Notes: generated by a model not told the origin, from the sequence alone. DNA of 64,000 nt from an uncultured Anaerolineales bacterium (GCA_942492975.1 OW818655.1:2499281-2563280); one strand, 5' to 3'; positions 1 through 8,828 are shown, counted from the first letter of the stretch. A program made the numbers and translations.

Positions 1-2370
1 CATCACACCACCGGGCAGATATCCCAAATTCAGGTAGCTGACCCTGTTCTCGTACCCGTGCCCGGCCAAAGGTCCAGCGATGAAGCGTTCAGTCAAAATG
101 CCGCCAGTCTCGCTGGTGGAAATAAATGTCAAACGCGGATGACGCAGAAGCAGCATTTGGTCAAAGACGGGCGCGGCCGCAACTTCCATTTCAGCCGCAC
201 GCGCAGGTTGATAGTCTGTTGCCACCAAGACAGGCGCGCCTTCTGGAATGGCCTGGATCACCTGTATAGCGCTGCCAAGTTCGGCAGGCATGCCCAACGG
301 CATGGAGAAGATCTGAGTACGAAGACTCAGCATCAGTAGAACCGTAGAAAAAACAACAACAGCAAGCAGCCAACGCAATCCACGGGAAGCCACCAACGGC
401 AAATAAGATGCGATCGGTACCGGCTCGGCTTCTGCAGCAAGGATCTGCTCAAGCAGTTCCGCGTGCATCTGCTGTTCTTCACTTACCTGCAATCGAATGG
501 AATAAACCTTAGGCTTGCTTGAAGGCGTATAGCCCGGCACTGCCGGGAGCACACCCTGCAAGCCAGATAATGCGCCGCGTGTTTCAAGAGTTTGCTCTCC
601 CGCCGCCATGGCCGCGGAAGAAATGGCTGCACTACCCTGGTCCACTGGGCGCATGGCCTGCACCCATGAAGGCAGTTCACCCGGTGAGATCGCATCGGCA
701 CTGGTGATGGCAGTTGGCGTTGATGAAGGAGGCAGATCAGATGCAGTTGAAAGCCAATCTGGCATTTCCTGGAATAAGGAATCGTCAGCCTTGTCCGAAA
801 AGGCATCTGCAGAAAAAGCAGGAGCGTCAACTGATTCACTGTCTGCCTGCATGTCGGTAGTAAACATAGCCTCAGGCTGCGAGGTTTCTGAAGACTTGAG
901 ACTGGAAAGCCAATCAGAAGATTCTGATGGAGCGGCGGCCTCGGCAGCAGGCTCTTCAAAAATGGAAGATTGCGGCGCTGCCGCTTTCAACCAATCAGGA
1001 ATATCGCCAAAAGAAGGTTCTGCTTCTCCCAATGGCTGGGTGTTTTCAGCAGGCTGCGAAGCGGAAAAACCTTCCTTGCCAGATAACCAGGTCGGCACAC
1101 TTACCGCCTCGGCGTCATCATTCTTCAACCACGCAGGAGTCTCACCCTGAAACGATGGCTCTTGCGGTGCTGGCTGCTGCAGATCTTTCATCCAATCATT
1201 ATCAGCATCAGCCGCGGCAGGTACAGTTCCAAATTCTTTTAACCAATCTGGCGCATTATCTTTTTCTGAGGATGCACCTTCGGTCGCTTCGCTCTTGTCC
1301 GCGCCTGTTTCCATCCATGAAGGAATTGCTTCACCCAGGCTTTGACCCTGTGACTCAAGCGGCGCTCCCTGGTTGGTAAACCAATCTGGCAGACTTGCAG
1401 ACTCATCTGATTGTGAAGATGCACCCGCCTGCTCTTTGCCCGCATTTGCATCGGCGTCCATCTGACGCAGCCAATCGGGAGTGTCCCCACTAAACGAGGA
1501 TTCTTTATTCGCATCGTCGCTTGAGACTTTGAACGGCTCATCAGTACCAGATGCATAATCCTGCGCACCCAGATTCTTCAACCAATCATCATCGTCAGCA
1601 GATTGTGCATTTTTCGGTTCGCCAGCATTCTCTGACGCATATGCGTCCTGTGCGCCAAGGCTTTTCAGCCAATCAGAGTCTTCCGAGGGTTGTGCATTTT
1701 TCGGTGTAGCTTCAGCCCCCGCCTGATAACTTTGTTCACCCAGGTTCTTCAACCAATCAGAATCTTCTGAAGATTGTGTATTTTTCGGTTCAGTTTCAGT
1801 GCGCAGCCAGGCTGCCAATTCATCTTTTTCAGATTCAACAGGAGCGGCTTGTAAGTTAGCCAGCCAGTCTGGTGTCTCTTCTTGAGAATTATCCTGTGCA
1901 AAATCATCTTTGCCGCCAAGCTCCACCCTGTGTGCGTCAGATGATTCTGGCGATGATTTTTTATTTTTGTGCGACACGCCAGTAATGCTGGCGAGCCAGT
2001 CTGGGGTTTCATCTTCGTCTTCGCTATCTGCTTGAGATTGAAGACCAGCTAACAGGTCGGGTGGTGAAGCGGGAGTCCGCGATTCGATCGGCCGCTGCGG
2101 CGGGCTGTATTCATTTACAGAGCTTGCAGAGTCGGCTGAGTCATCTGGCATAGATTGCCCGGTATTACCGCGCGCATCCCTCAACCATTGCGGCAAGATC
2201 GGTTCAAGCTCGGCAGTATTTTTCTTTGTTGGAATTTGCCCCGGAGTGATGGGAGTGTCAGCGTTGGATGAACCAGCCACAGGATGCAGGCGAGATTGGC
2301 AATACTGGCAAAACTCGAGGTTCGCCGCATTACTCTCACCACAAACAGGGCAATTAATCATATCGGCCAT
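1..2370 (-). CDS. Zinc-ribbon / acidic DWL-repeat / single-TM protein, C-terminus cut by window edge (>=789 aa)
   Basis: Own translation of the minus strand from ATG at 2368-2370 finds no in-frame stop down to nt 1. It is missing from the ORF track because it has no stop in the window. N-terminus MADMINCPVCGESNAANLEFCQYCQSRL (CxxC..CxxC), about 18 [PSD]xW[LMFV] motifs in an acidic low-complexity region, and a TM segment GLRWLLAVVVFSTVLLMLSL (about nt 320-385). The ATG overlaps the TAA of the upstream gene (TAATG). Confidence 0.75.
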   Translation of the reverse strand, partial: MADMINCPVCGESNAANLEFCQYCQSRLHPVAGSSNADTPITPGQIPTKKNTAELEPILPQWLRDARGNTGQSMPDDSADSASSVNEYSPPQRPIESRTPASPPDLLAGLQSQADSEDEDETPDWLASITGVSHKNKKSSPESSDAHRVELGGKDDFAQDNSQEETPDWLANLQAAPVESEKDELAAWLRTETEPKNTQSSEDSDWLKNLGEQSYQAGAEATPKNAQPSEDSDWLKSLGAQDAYASENAGEPKNAQSADDDDWLKNLGAQDYASGTDEPFKVSSDDANKESSFSGDTPDWLRQMDADANAGKEQAGASSQSDESASLPDWFTNQGAPLESQGQSLGEAIPSWMETGADKSEATEGASSEKDNAPDWLKEFGTVPAAADADNDWMKDLQQPAPQEPSFQGETPAWLKNDDAEAVSVPTWLSGKEGFSASQPAENTQPLGEAEPSFGDIPDWLKAAAPQSSIFEEPAAEAAAPSESSDWLSSLKSSETSQPEAMFTTDMQADSESVDAPAFSADAFSDKADDSLFQEMPDWLSTASDLPPSSTPTAITSADAISPGELPSWVQAMRPVDQGSAAISSAAMAAGEQTLETRGALSGLQGVLPAVPGYTPSSKPKVYSIRLQVSEEQQMHAELLEQILAAEAEPVPIASYLPLVASRGLRWLLAVVVFSTVLLMLSLRTQIFSMPLGMPAELGSAIQVIQAIPEGAPVLVATDYQPARAAEMEVAAAPVFDQMLLLRHPRLTFISTSETGGILTERFIAGPLAGHGYENRVSYLNLGYLPGGVM

Positions 2371-2981
2371 TACTGCCCCCCATATGGACGGTCAGCGCCA
2401 AAGAGTACACGCAAACCAGTGGTCAACGAACCCAGAGCAACGCCGATCAAAATTCCGCGCGCGCCGCCCAGGGCCAGCACCTGTGTGATCCATGGACGGA
2501 TCAATGTGCCGATGAAAGGTACGTCGCCAAAGGGCAGTGTGGCAGAACCAAAAATGATCAATGCCGCGGTTACCAGAAATACAATGCTCATCACGTCTGC
2601 GCGGCGGCGTAAAAGACGGATCGCCGCATACAACAAACTGACCGTAAGCACACCCATCAAGGCGGCTTCAACTGGAACGATAATACCGTCAAGAACCAGG
2701 CGCATGGCTGAATGTCCCGGCCCAAGGATCATGCCGAACAACAGGGTTGCCACTAAAAAGATAATGAGGAAGGCGCTATAGATACTGCCTTTTTCACGGC
2801 GGCTGATCTTATCCGCATGGACCATGATCAAATTGAAGACACCCACCAAGGCAGCCATGCCCACAAGGATCAAGGCCCAATTCAATAGAAGCGTTTGTAA
2901 ATCAACAAAGGCAGGAGAAAAATATCCTGCCAGAATAATAATTCCAACTGCAATGGCGATGATCGCAGTAATAACGCGCAT
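2370..2981 (-). CDS. Polytopic membrane protein, unknown function (203 aa)
   Basis: ORF track. Several hydrophobic helices. Start and stop overlap the neighbouring genes by 1 nt each (TAATG). Confidence 0.7.
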   Translation of the reverse strand: MRVITAIIAIAVGIIILAGYFSPAFVDLQTLLLNWALILVGMAALVGVFNLIMVHADKISRREKGSIYSAFLIIFLVATLLFGMILGPGHSAMRLVLDGIIVPVEAALMGVLTVSLLYAAIRLLRRRADVMSIVFLVTAALIIFGSATLPFGDVPFIGTLIRPWITQVLALGGARGILIGVALGSLTTGLRVLFGADRPYGGQ

Positions 2982-3712
2982 TAAATAACTCCCACAAATT
3001 TTGCTGCAGCGCCGCCCAATAAAGCAAGAATAACCAGCCAGCGCAAAATATCCTGTACGGTCAGGCTGGCCGCATGGGTGGTTCCAGCGCCAATATATGC
3101 ACTGGTTGCGAATAATTCTTCACCGATCAACACATCCTGTGTGCTGGCAAATAAAACCGCCTGACCGGCAAGATCATCACTTGCGCCGATCACAAGCACA
3201 TTTTCACGGTCTGATATATCTGTGATCAAAGCTGCTTCCGGGCCGAAATGACCGAGCATGAGGTTGGCAGATACATTTTCATTCTGAATGATCGGCATGG
3301 CCCCTGCTGCAAACCCAAATGGACCAAACCCGGTTACACGTCCACTGGTGGGGACGTACAACTCACCTACACCTGCAGCTTGATACCCGGCTTGCAAAGT
3401 ATCCTGCGCCAGCAACCCCAGGGACGGGTCCCCAGCGGAGGCAACTGGCGGCTGGTCACTTACAGAAGTTCGTTCGGCAATATGGCGCAAGGCTGCAAGG
3501 CCTGCCAACGCAGAACCAGCGCGCGCATTTAGCAATCCGCCATAGCCAAGCAAAATATGTAACCGTGTACCATCTTCCACACTCAAACCGATGGCACGAT
3601 ATAAATTCGTTAACGCAGGGATTTCACGTAATCTTGCAGGAGATTTTCGCTTCCAAAATGTAACAGCCAGGAGAAGGAAAGCACTACTTAAAAGGATTCC
3701 AAATTCGATCAT
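2981..3712 (-). CDS. Membrane-anchored protein, unknown function (243 aa; N- and C-terminal TM helices)
   Basis: ORF track. Hydrophobic N-terminus MIEFGILLSSAFLLLAVTFW and C-terminus WLVILALLGGAAAKFVGVI. ATGA overlap with the upstream ORF. Confidence 0.7.
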   Translation of the reverse strand: MIEFGILLSSAFLLLAVTFWKRKSPARLREIPALTNLYRAIGLSVEDGTRLHILLGYGGLLNARAGSALAGLAALRHIAERTSVSDQPPVASAGDPSLGLLAQDTLQAGYQAAGVGELYVPTSGRVTGFGPFGFAAGAMPIIQNENVSANLMLGHFGPEAALITDISDRENVLVIGASDDLAGQAVLFASTQDVLIGEELFATSAYIGAGTTHAASLTVQDILRWLVILALLGGAAAKFVGVI

Positions 3713-4074
3713 TGATCTGTCCCTCCCTGAGTCAAAAAGGAAGCAAATGCACGCGCTTCACCATCTTCTTCAAGAGTTTCTGCAAGCGCAGTCAACTGGT
3801 CACTCTGCACAAAGCCGCGGCCAAAATAAAGCGCCTGCGCCCCAAGCAAAGCAAGAGGACTTCCTGCTTCAAGGAACGAGGCGGCTAGTTCGTGAAGTTG
3901 ATATCGGCGCAAGGACTCAGCCCAGCGCGGCCAAAATTCGCGCGGTGACTTCATATGTATTTGTGAGTATAGCATAATTTCAATGGCGGCCTGCATCGAT
4001 ATGGCATGCTCAAAGCGAGAAACCGTTACAGGTGAGTTGCATTTCAGTCTGTGAGTATCTTCTTTAATAAACAA
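3709..4074 (-). CDS. Small soluble protein, unknown function (start uncertain)
   Basis: ORF track. The annotated start is a TTG lying inside the glgC terminator, so the true start is probably an internal ATG (e.g. 3996). 4-nt overlap with the next gene. Confidence 0.5.
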   Translation of the reverse strand: MFIKEDTHRLKCNSPVTVSRFEHAISMQAAIEIMLYSQIHMKSPREFWPRWAESLRRYQLHELAASFLEAGSPLALLGAQALYFGRGFVQSDQLTALAETLEEDGEARAFASFLTQGGTDQ

Positions 4075-4118
4075 ACTGTCTCACAGGCTTTCACATTTCG
4101 AAAAACCTATGAGACAGT
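4075..4118 (-). terminator. Hairpin terminator downstream of glgC
   Basis: 13-bp stem (1 mismatch) actgtctcacagg / cctatgagacagt, followed on the minus strand by TTGTTTATT. Confidence 0.55.
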
Positions 4119-4126
4119 TCAAGACT

Positions 4127-5374
4127 TTACGGTGCGATCGTCGTTCCAGACGGGATCTCAATGTCTTTTGGAATCACTACGATGCCATCACGAACGTACC
4201 ATTTTTCATTGTCGATGTCCGTATTACGCGGGAAGGGACGGATGGTCACATTGCTTCCAATGCGCGCATTTTTATCCAGGATCGCGCCTTCAATATGGCA
4301 ATTCGCACCGATACCGATCGGCTCTCCTTCTTCATCGCGCTCGTAATAATCCGAGCCCATCACAATACTGTCCTTGATCACGCATCCTGTTGCGATCTGG
4401 CTGCGAATCCCAATGATCGAGTGGGAAATTTCCGATTTCAGAATGCGGCTGCCTTCCGCGATCAGCACATCCCGCAGATTACTGTCTTCCACAATGGAGC
4501 CGGGCAGAAAACGTGTATCAGTATAGATGGGAAGTTTTGCATCGTAGAAATTAAACGGCGTTTCCGGGGTGGTAAGCGCCAGATTGGTTTCGTAAAAAGA
4601 GCGGATCGTTCCAATATCCTGCCAGTACCCGTCAAAATCAAACCCATAGACCGCATGAGATTTGATCGCTTCCGGGATAATGTCACTGCCGAAATCATCA
4701 TGTTTCGGAAAGTCAGTCAACATATCGATCAACACTTTTGTTTTGAACATATAGATGCCCATCGAGCCCAGGAAGGGACTCTTCGGGTCATCACGGCTGA
4801 TGAAGTTCTTTTGTATCTCAGGATCTTTGGGCTTTTCAACAAACGAGGAAATACGTCCATTGGCTTCACGCTTTAATATCCCAAAACGGTTTGCCTCTTC
4901 TTTAAGTACTGGCTGAACCGCCACTGTAATATCGGCCTTGTTGGCCCAATGGAATTCAGCCATGGCCTTGTAATCCATGCGATACAAATGGTCACCAGCA
5001 AGGATCAAAACATTCTTGGCCCCAGTGGACTGTATCTCAAGGATCTGCTTGCGTACCGCATCAGCAGTGCCCTGGTACCAATCGGCGCTTTCAAGTGTTT
5101 GCTCGGCGGCCCAGATCTGTACCCAGCCCTGATGAAAGGCATCGAAATTATAAGTACGGGTGATGTGACGGTGTAATGACACAGAATTGAATTGCGTCAG
5201 CACTGCAATACGAAAAATCTCTGAATTAATACAATTACTAATGGGAATATCAATGAGGCGGTACTTACCCGCTATCGGCACTGCGGGTTTGGAGCGCATC
5301 TGAGTGAGCGGATACAAACGCGCGCCCCGCCCTCCACCCAAGATCACGGCCAGGATATCATTCAACGAGGGCAT
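4127..5374 (-). CDS. glgC: Glucose-1-phosphate adenylyltransferase
   Basis: N-terminus AVILGGGRGARLYPLTQMRSKPAVPIAGKYRLIDIPISNCINS and a left-handed beta-helix C-terminus, typical of GlgC. SD AGGAGG upstream. Confidence 0.95.
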   Translation of the reverse strand: MPSLNDILAVILGGGRGARLYPLTQMRSKPAVPIAGKYRLIDIPISNCINSEIFRIAVLTQFNSVSLHRHITRTYNFDAFHQGWVQIWAAEQTLESADWYQGTADAVRKQILEIQSTGAKNVLILAGDHLYRMDYKAMAEFHWANKADITVAVQPVLKEEANRFGILKREANGRISSFVEKPKDPEIQKNFISRDDPKSPFLGSMGIYMFKTKVLIDMLTDFPKHDDFGSDIIPEAIKSHAVYGFDFDGYWQDIGTIRSFYETNLALTTPETPFNFYDAKLPIYTDTRFLPGSIVEDSNLRDVLIAEGSRILKSEISHSIIGIRSQIATGCVIKDSIVMGSDYYERDEEGEPIGIGANCHIEGAILDKNARIGSNVTIRPFPRNTDIDNEKWYVRDGIVVIPKDIEIPSGTTIAP

Positions 5375-5418
5375 AAAAGCCTCCTGAAATTTTCCGCTTA
5401 CGCGGGAATGACTTGCGA

Positions 5419-5523
5419 TTACTTTATATTCTTCAAATTGCGTATTCTGTGAAAAATGTACACAATTGGATATACCAGCAAGATCACTATGTCGATCACG
5501 GCAAAGAGCAGATAGATCTTCAT
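5419..5523 (-). CDS. Candidate 34-aa hydrophobic micro-protein (MKIYLLFAVIDIVILLVYPIVYIFHRIRNLKNIK)
   Basis: Own translation. Below the ORF-track length cutoff. Strong SD GGAGGA 6 nt before the ATG. One predicted TM helix. No homology evidence is available. Confidence 0.3.
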   Translation of the reverse strand: MKIYLLFAVIDIVILLVYPIVYIFHRIRNLKNIK

Positions 5524-5633
5524 TTTATTCCTCCGTTCGAATTTGTGAAAAAAAACTTCACAAATATCTACGTATTTGCAACGCCGTATGTTGCCTGTGG
5601 TGTGATTCTAAAGCGACAAGGGGACACTGTCAA

Positions 5634-5678
5634 CATAAAATAACCGAACGTTCTCCAATTCAAGAGAACGTTCGGTTA
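5634..5678 (-). terminator. Rho-independent terminator after tRNA-Leu
   Basis: Perfect 14-bp stem aaccgaacgttctc / gagaacgttcggtt, followed on the minus strand by UUAUUUUAU. Confidence 0.75.
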
Positions 5679-5689
5679 TAATTCTGCAG

Positions 5690-5771
5690 TGCCGAAGGAG
5701 GGAATCGAACCCTCATTCCCGTAGGAACACGATTTTGAGTCGTGCGCGTCTGCCAATTCCGCCACTCCGGC
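5690..5771 (-). tRNA. tRNA-Leu (anticodon CAA), type II with long variable arm, no encoded CCA
   Basis: Manual cloverleaf: acceptor GCCGGAG/CTTCGGC, anticodon stem CACGA/TCGTG with loop CTCAAAA, variable arm TTCCTACGGGAAT, T-arm GAGGG-TTCGATT-CCCTC. Confidence 0.9.
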
Positions 5772-5863
5772 TAATTGCGAACGCAAGTATACCACTCCCA
5801 ACAATAAGGTCAAGGAAATCCCAAAATGCGGATTTGTTATCCCACCTCAAGAACAAGGACAAA

Positions 5864-6922
5864 ATGAAGCTAGGAATTATCGGACTCCCCCAATCTGGAA
5901 AAACCACAATTTTCAACGCACTCACCCGCGGCAACACTCCCACCACAGCATCCGCAGGCCGCATCGAAGTTCACAATGCAGTTGTGGATGTACCCGACCC
6001 GCGCGTGGATACACTCTCTGACATGTTCAAACCGAAGAAAACGATCTATGCCAAGGTGACGTATGCGGATATTGCGGGGCTTGAAACTGGTTCGGCCAAA
6101 ACGGGCATTTCCGGGCAACTGTTGAATCAACTAAACCAAATGGACGGCATGATCCTGATCGTCCGCAGTTTCCTTAACGACAGCGTCATGCACCCCTCTG
6201 GAGCTGTGGATCCCTTGCGCGACATGGAAACCATGTTGAGCGAACTCCTGCTCAACGATCTGATCGCAGTGGAACGCAAATTGGAGCGCCTCGTTGAAGA
6301 ACGCAAAAAAGGCAGCACAGATAAAGTATTGAATGCGCGTCAGACCGAGTTGTTTGAGAAATTGCACAAAACGCTCTCTGAAGACAAACATTTAAGCACA
6401 ATGGAATTCACAAGCGAAGAACAAAAGGAACTTTCCAGTTTCGGCTTGCTCACACGCAAACCGATTCTCGTTGTATTCAACCTCAGCGAGGGACAGGAAG
6501 AGCCGCAGATCAAGATCGACCGTCCGTGGGTGGCATTGATGGGTAAACTCGAAATGGAAATTGCACAGCTCGCACCAGAAGATGCGGCAGTTTTCATGGA
6601 AGAATACGGCATCAAGGAACTCAGTTTGAAGAAAATGATCAACCTGTCCTATGACCTGCTTCAGGTACAAACTTTCTTTACCGTTGGTGAAGATGAAGTG
6701 CGTGCATGGGAAACCCGCCGCGGCGCAAACGCACAGGAATCGGCTGGAGAAATTCACACCGATCTGTTCCGTGGGTTTGTTCGGGCGGAGGTGGTGGCCT
6801 ACGAAGACTTGATCAGCCTTGGGTCGATGAATGAAGCGAAGGCCAAAGGCAAGTTCAGGCTTGAGGGCAAGGAATACCCAGTCAAGGACGGCGATATCAT
6901 GCACGTCCGATCCAGTTTGTAA
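5864..6922 (+). CDS. ychF: Redox-regulated ATPase YchF (Obg-like P-loop protein)
   Basis: MKLGIIGLPQSGKTTIFNALT Walker A and a C-terminal TGS-like EGKEYPVKDGDIMHV. Start trimmed from 5735 because the extension overlaps the tRNA. SD AAGGA precedes 5864. Confidence 0.9.
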   Translation: MKLGIIGLPQSGKTTIFNALTRGNTPTTASAGRIEVHNAVVDVPDPRVDTLSDMFKPKKTIYAKVTYADIAGLETGSAKTGISGQLLNQLNQMDGMILIVRSFLNDSVMHPSGAVDPLRDMETMLSELLLNDLIAVERKLERLVEERKKGSTDKVLNARQTELFEKLHKTLSEDKHLSTMEFTSEEQKELSSFGLLTRKPILVVFNLSEGQEEPQIKIDRPWVALMGKLEMEIAQLAPEDAAVFMEEYGIKELSLKKMINLSYDLLQVQTFFTVGEDEVRAWETRRGANAQESAGEIHTDLFRGFVRAEVVAYEDLISLGSMNEAKAKGKFRLEGKEYPVKDGDIMHVRSSL

Positions 6923-6931
6923 AATCATTTT

Positions 6932-6961
6932 ATAAGGGCGGACATCCGCCCTTATTTTTTA
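6932..6961 (+). terminator. Rho-independent terminator of ychF
   Basis: ataagggcgg-acat-ccgcccttat followed by a T-run. Confidence 0.85.
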
Positions 6962-6976
6962 TAAAAGGAGAAAAGC

Positions 6977-8824
6977 ATGGCTTATAAACTTTCCAAATGG
7001 AGTCTGGCTTCGTTGTACCCTGGGTACGAGAGTGCAGAATTACAAAGCGCTTTCGACATGATCGAAGAGCAGGTTACTTCGTTCGAGGGCGTGCGCAGCA
7101 AGCTCAACGCGGACATGCCCGCCGACCAGTTCGTGGAAGTGTTGCGCGCCAGCGAAGAAACTGCGCGTGTGGCAAATAAGTTATATTCGTTCGCAGGGCT
7201 TTCATTCACCGCCGACACACAGGATCAGGCCGCACAATCTTTGCAATCACGTGTGCTGCAATTCCTGGCGGAAGTGGAGAACCGCACCCTATTCTTCAGC
7301 CTGTGGTGGAAAGAACTGGACGAAACGAACGCGAAGCGTTTGATGGAACCCTCTGGCGACTATCGTTATTATCTTGAAGCGATGCGCTTGTACAAACCGC
7401 ACACCTTGAGCGAAGCCGAAGAGAAGATCGTCAACATTAAGAATGTAACGGGGTCGAACGCGCTGGTCAATTTATACGACTCGATCACGAATCGCTACAC
7501 ATTCAAGATGGTGGTGAACGGCAAAGAAAAAGAAATGACTGCGGCAGAGTTATTTTCCTACCGCTACAGCACAGACCCGAAAGTGCGCGCCGCGAGTTAT
7601 CAGGCGCAATTCAAAGTGTACGCAGAAGACGGCCCGATCCTTGGGCAGATGTACCAAACCCGCCTGCGTGACTGGCACAATGAGAACGTCAATTTAAGAA
7701 AATTCAAAAGCGCGATCGCTTCACGCAATTTAAATAATGATATTCCTGATGAAGCTGTGGATGCGTTATTAAGTGTGGCGCGCAAGAATGTGGGCATCTT
7801 CCGCCGCTATTTCACAATGAAAGCCAAACATGCGGGCTTAAAGAAACTACGCCGCTATGATATTTATGCGCCCGTTGCCGCCTCCAAGAAAACATATAGT
7901 TTTGATAAAGCCGCCAACATGGTACTCGAAGCCTTCGCGGCGTTTGACCCCAAAGTTTCAGCATTGGCAAAGCGCGTGTTTGATGAGAACCGTATTGACA
8001 GCGAGATCCGCAAAGGCAAACGCGGCGGCGCATTCTGCTGGTCTGTACTGCCAGAGATGACCCCGTGGGTGTTGGTGAATTATCAAGGCACGGGCCGTGA
8101 AGTAGCCACGCTCGCACACGAACTCGGTCACGCCATCCACTCCATGCTGGCTAGCCATCACAACACATTCACATTCCAATCCTCTTTGCCGCTGGCAGAG
8201 ACTGCATCCACATTTGCAGAGATGATGTTGATCGACAAACTGCTCGCCGAAGAGACGGACGAATCAGTGCGCCGCGACATTCTCTTCAAACAAATGGACG
8301 ATGCGTACGCGACCATCATCCGCCAGTCTTATTTCGCCATGTTTGAAAAACAGGCGCATGAAATGGTGCAGAAGAACGCATCGGTGGACGAACTCTCTGC
8401 GGCTTATCTCGAAAACCTGAAAGATCAATTCGGCGATTCACTTGAGTTGAGCGATGAATTCAAATGGGAATGGGTGGGCATTCCGCATATTTATCACACA
8501 CCGTTCTATGTGTATGCGTATGCGTTTGGTCAACTGCTTGTGCTGTCTTTATACAAGCAATTCAAAGCTGAAGGCGAATCTTTCAAGCCAAAATATCTCA
8601 AGATCCTTTCTGCGGGCGGCTCGGAAGCGCCAGAGAAAGTTTTGAGCGAAGCGGGCATCAACATCCGCGACCCGAAATTCTGGCAGGGCGGTTTCGATGT
8701 GCTTGAGAAACTGGTCAGCGAGTTGGAGAAATTGCCCATTGCGAAAAAGGCAAAACCCAAGCCAGCAGCGAAGGCGAAGAAGGTTGTAAAAGCCAAAAGC
8801 AAGGTTGTAAAGAAAAAGAAATAA
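6977..8824 (+). CDS. pepF: M3B oligoendopeptidase F with Lys-rich C-terminal tail
   Basis: HELGHAIH zinc motif, M3 family length and architecture. C-terminal tail KKAKPKPAAKAKKVVKAKSKVVKKKK. Confidence 0.9.
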   Translation: MAYKLSKWSLASLYPGYESAELQSAFDMIEEQVTSFEGVRSKLNADMPADQFVEVLRASEETARVANKLYSFAGLSFTADTQDQAAQSLQSRVLQFLAEVENRTLFFSLWWKELDETNAKRLMEPSGDYRYYLEAMRLYKPHTLSEAEEKIVNIKNVTGSNALVNLYDSITNRYTFKMVVNGKEKEMTAAELFSYRYSTDPKVRAASYQAQFKVYAEDGPILGQMYQTRLRDWHNENVNLRKFKSAIASRNLNNDIPDEAVDALLSVARKNVGIFRRYFTMKAKHAGLKKLRRYDIYAPVAASKKTYSFDKAANMVLEAFAAFDPKVSALAKRVFDENRIDSEIRKGKRGGAFCWSVLPEMTPWVLVNYQGTGREVATLAHELGHAIHSMLASHHNTFTFQSSLPLAETASTFAEMMLIDKLLAEETDESVRRDILFKQMDDAYATIIRQSYFAMFEKQAHEMVQKNASVDELSAAYLENLKDQFGDSLELSDEFKWEWVGIPHIYHTPFYVYAYAFGQLLVLSLYKQFKAEGESFKPKYLKILSAGGSEAPEKVLSEAGINIRDPKFWQGGFDVLEKLVSELEKLPIAKKAKPKPAAKAKKVVKAKSKVVKKKK

Positions 8825-8828
8825 AATA

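Noticed and set aside
1-120. The minus-strand peptide ...AGHGYENRV... at the window edge looked like a metallophosphoesterase GHxH motif.
   Set aside because: The surrounding sequence does not follow the phosphoesterase motif order. It is the extracytoplasmic part of the DWL-repeat protein. No family call was made.
483-2012. Multiple ORF-track entries on both strands (483-959 -, 608-1150 +, 927-1379 +, 1239-1568 -, 1749-2012 -).
   Set aside because: All lie inside or antisense to the uninterrupted 2370-nt minus-strand frame and have odd, low-complexity compositions. They are artefacts of the repeat region.
4109-4876. 255-aa plus-strand ORF.
   Set aside because: Antisense to the well-supported glgC gene. 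No recognisable motifs.
5541-5565. TGTGA...TCACA palindrome as a CRP/FNR-type site.
   Set aside because: The spacer between the TGTGA and TCACA half-sites is 9 nt, not the canonical 6 nt. It is kept only as an unexplained palindrome.
5735-5863. N-terminal extension of the ychF ORF (track start 5735).
   Set aside because: It overlaps tRNA-Leu on the opposite strand. The YchF P-loop N-terminus begins at the ATG at 5864, which has its own SD.
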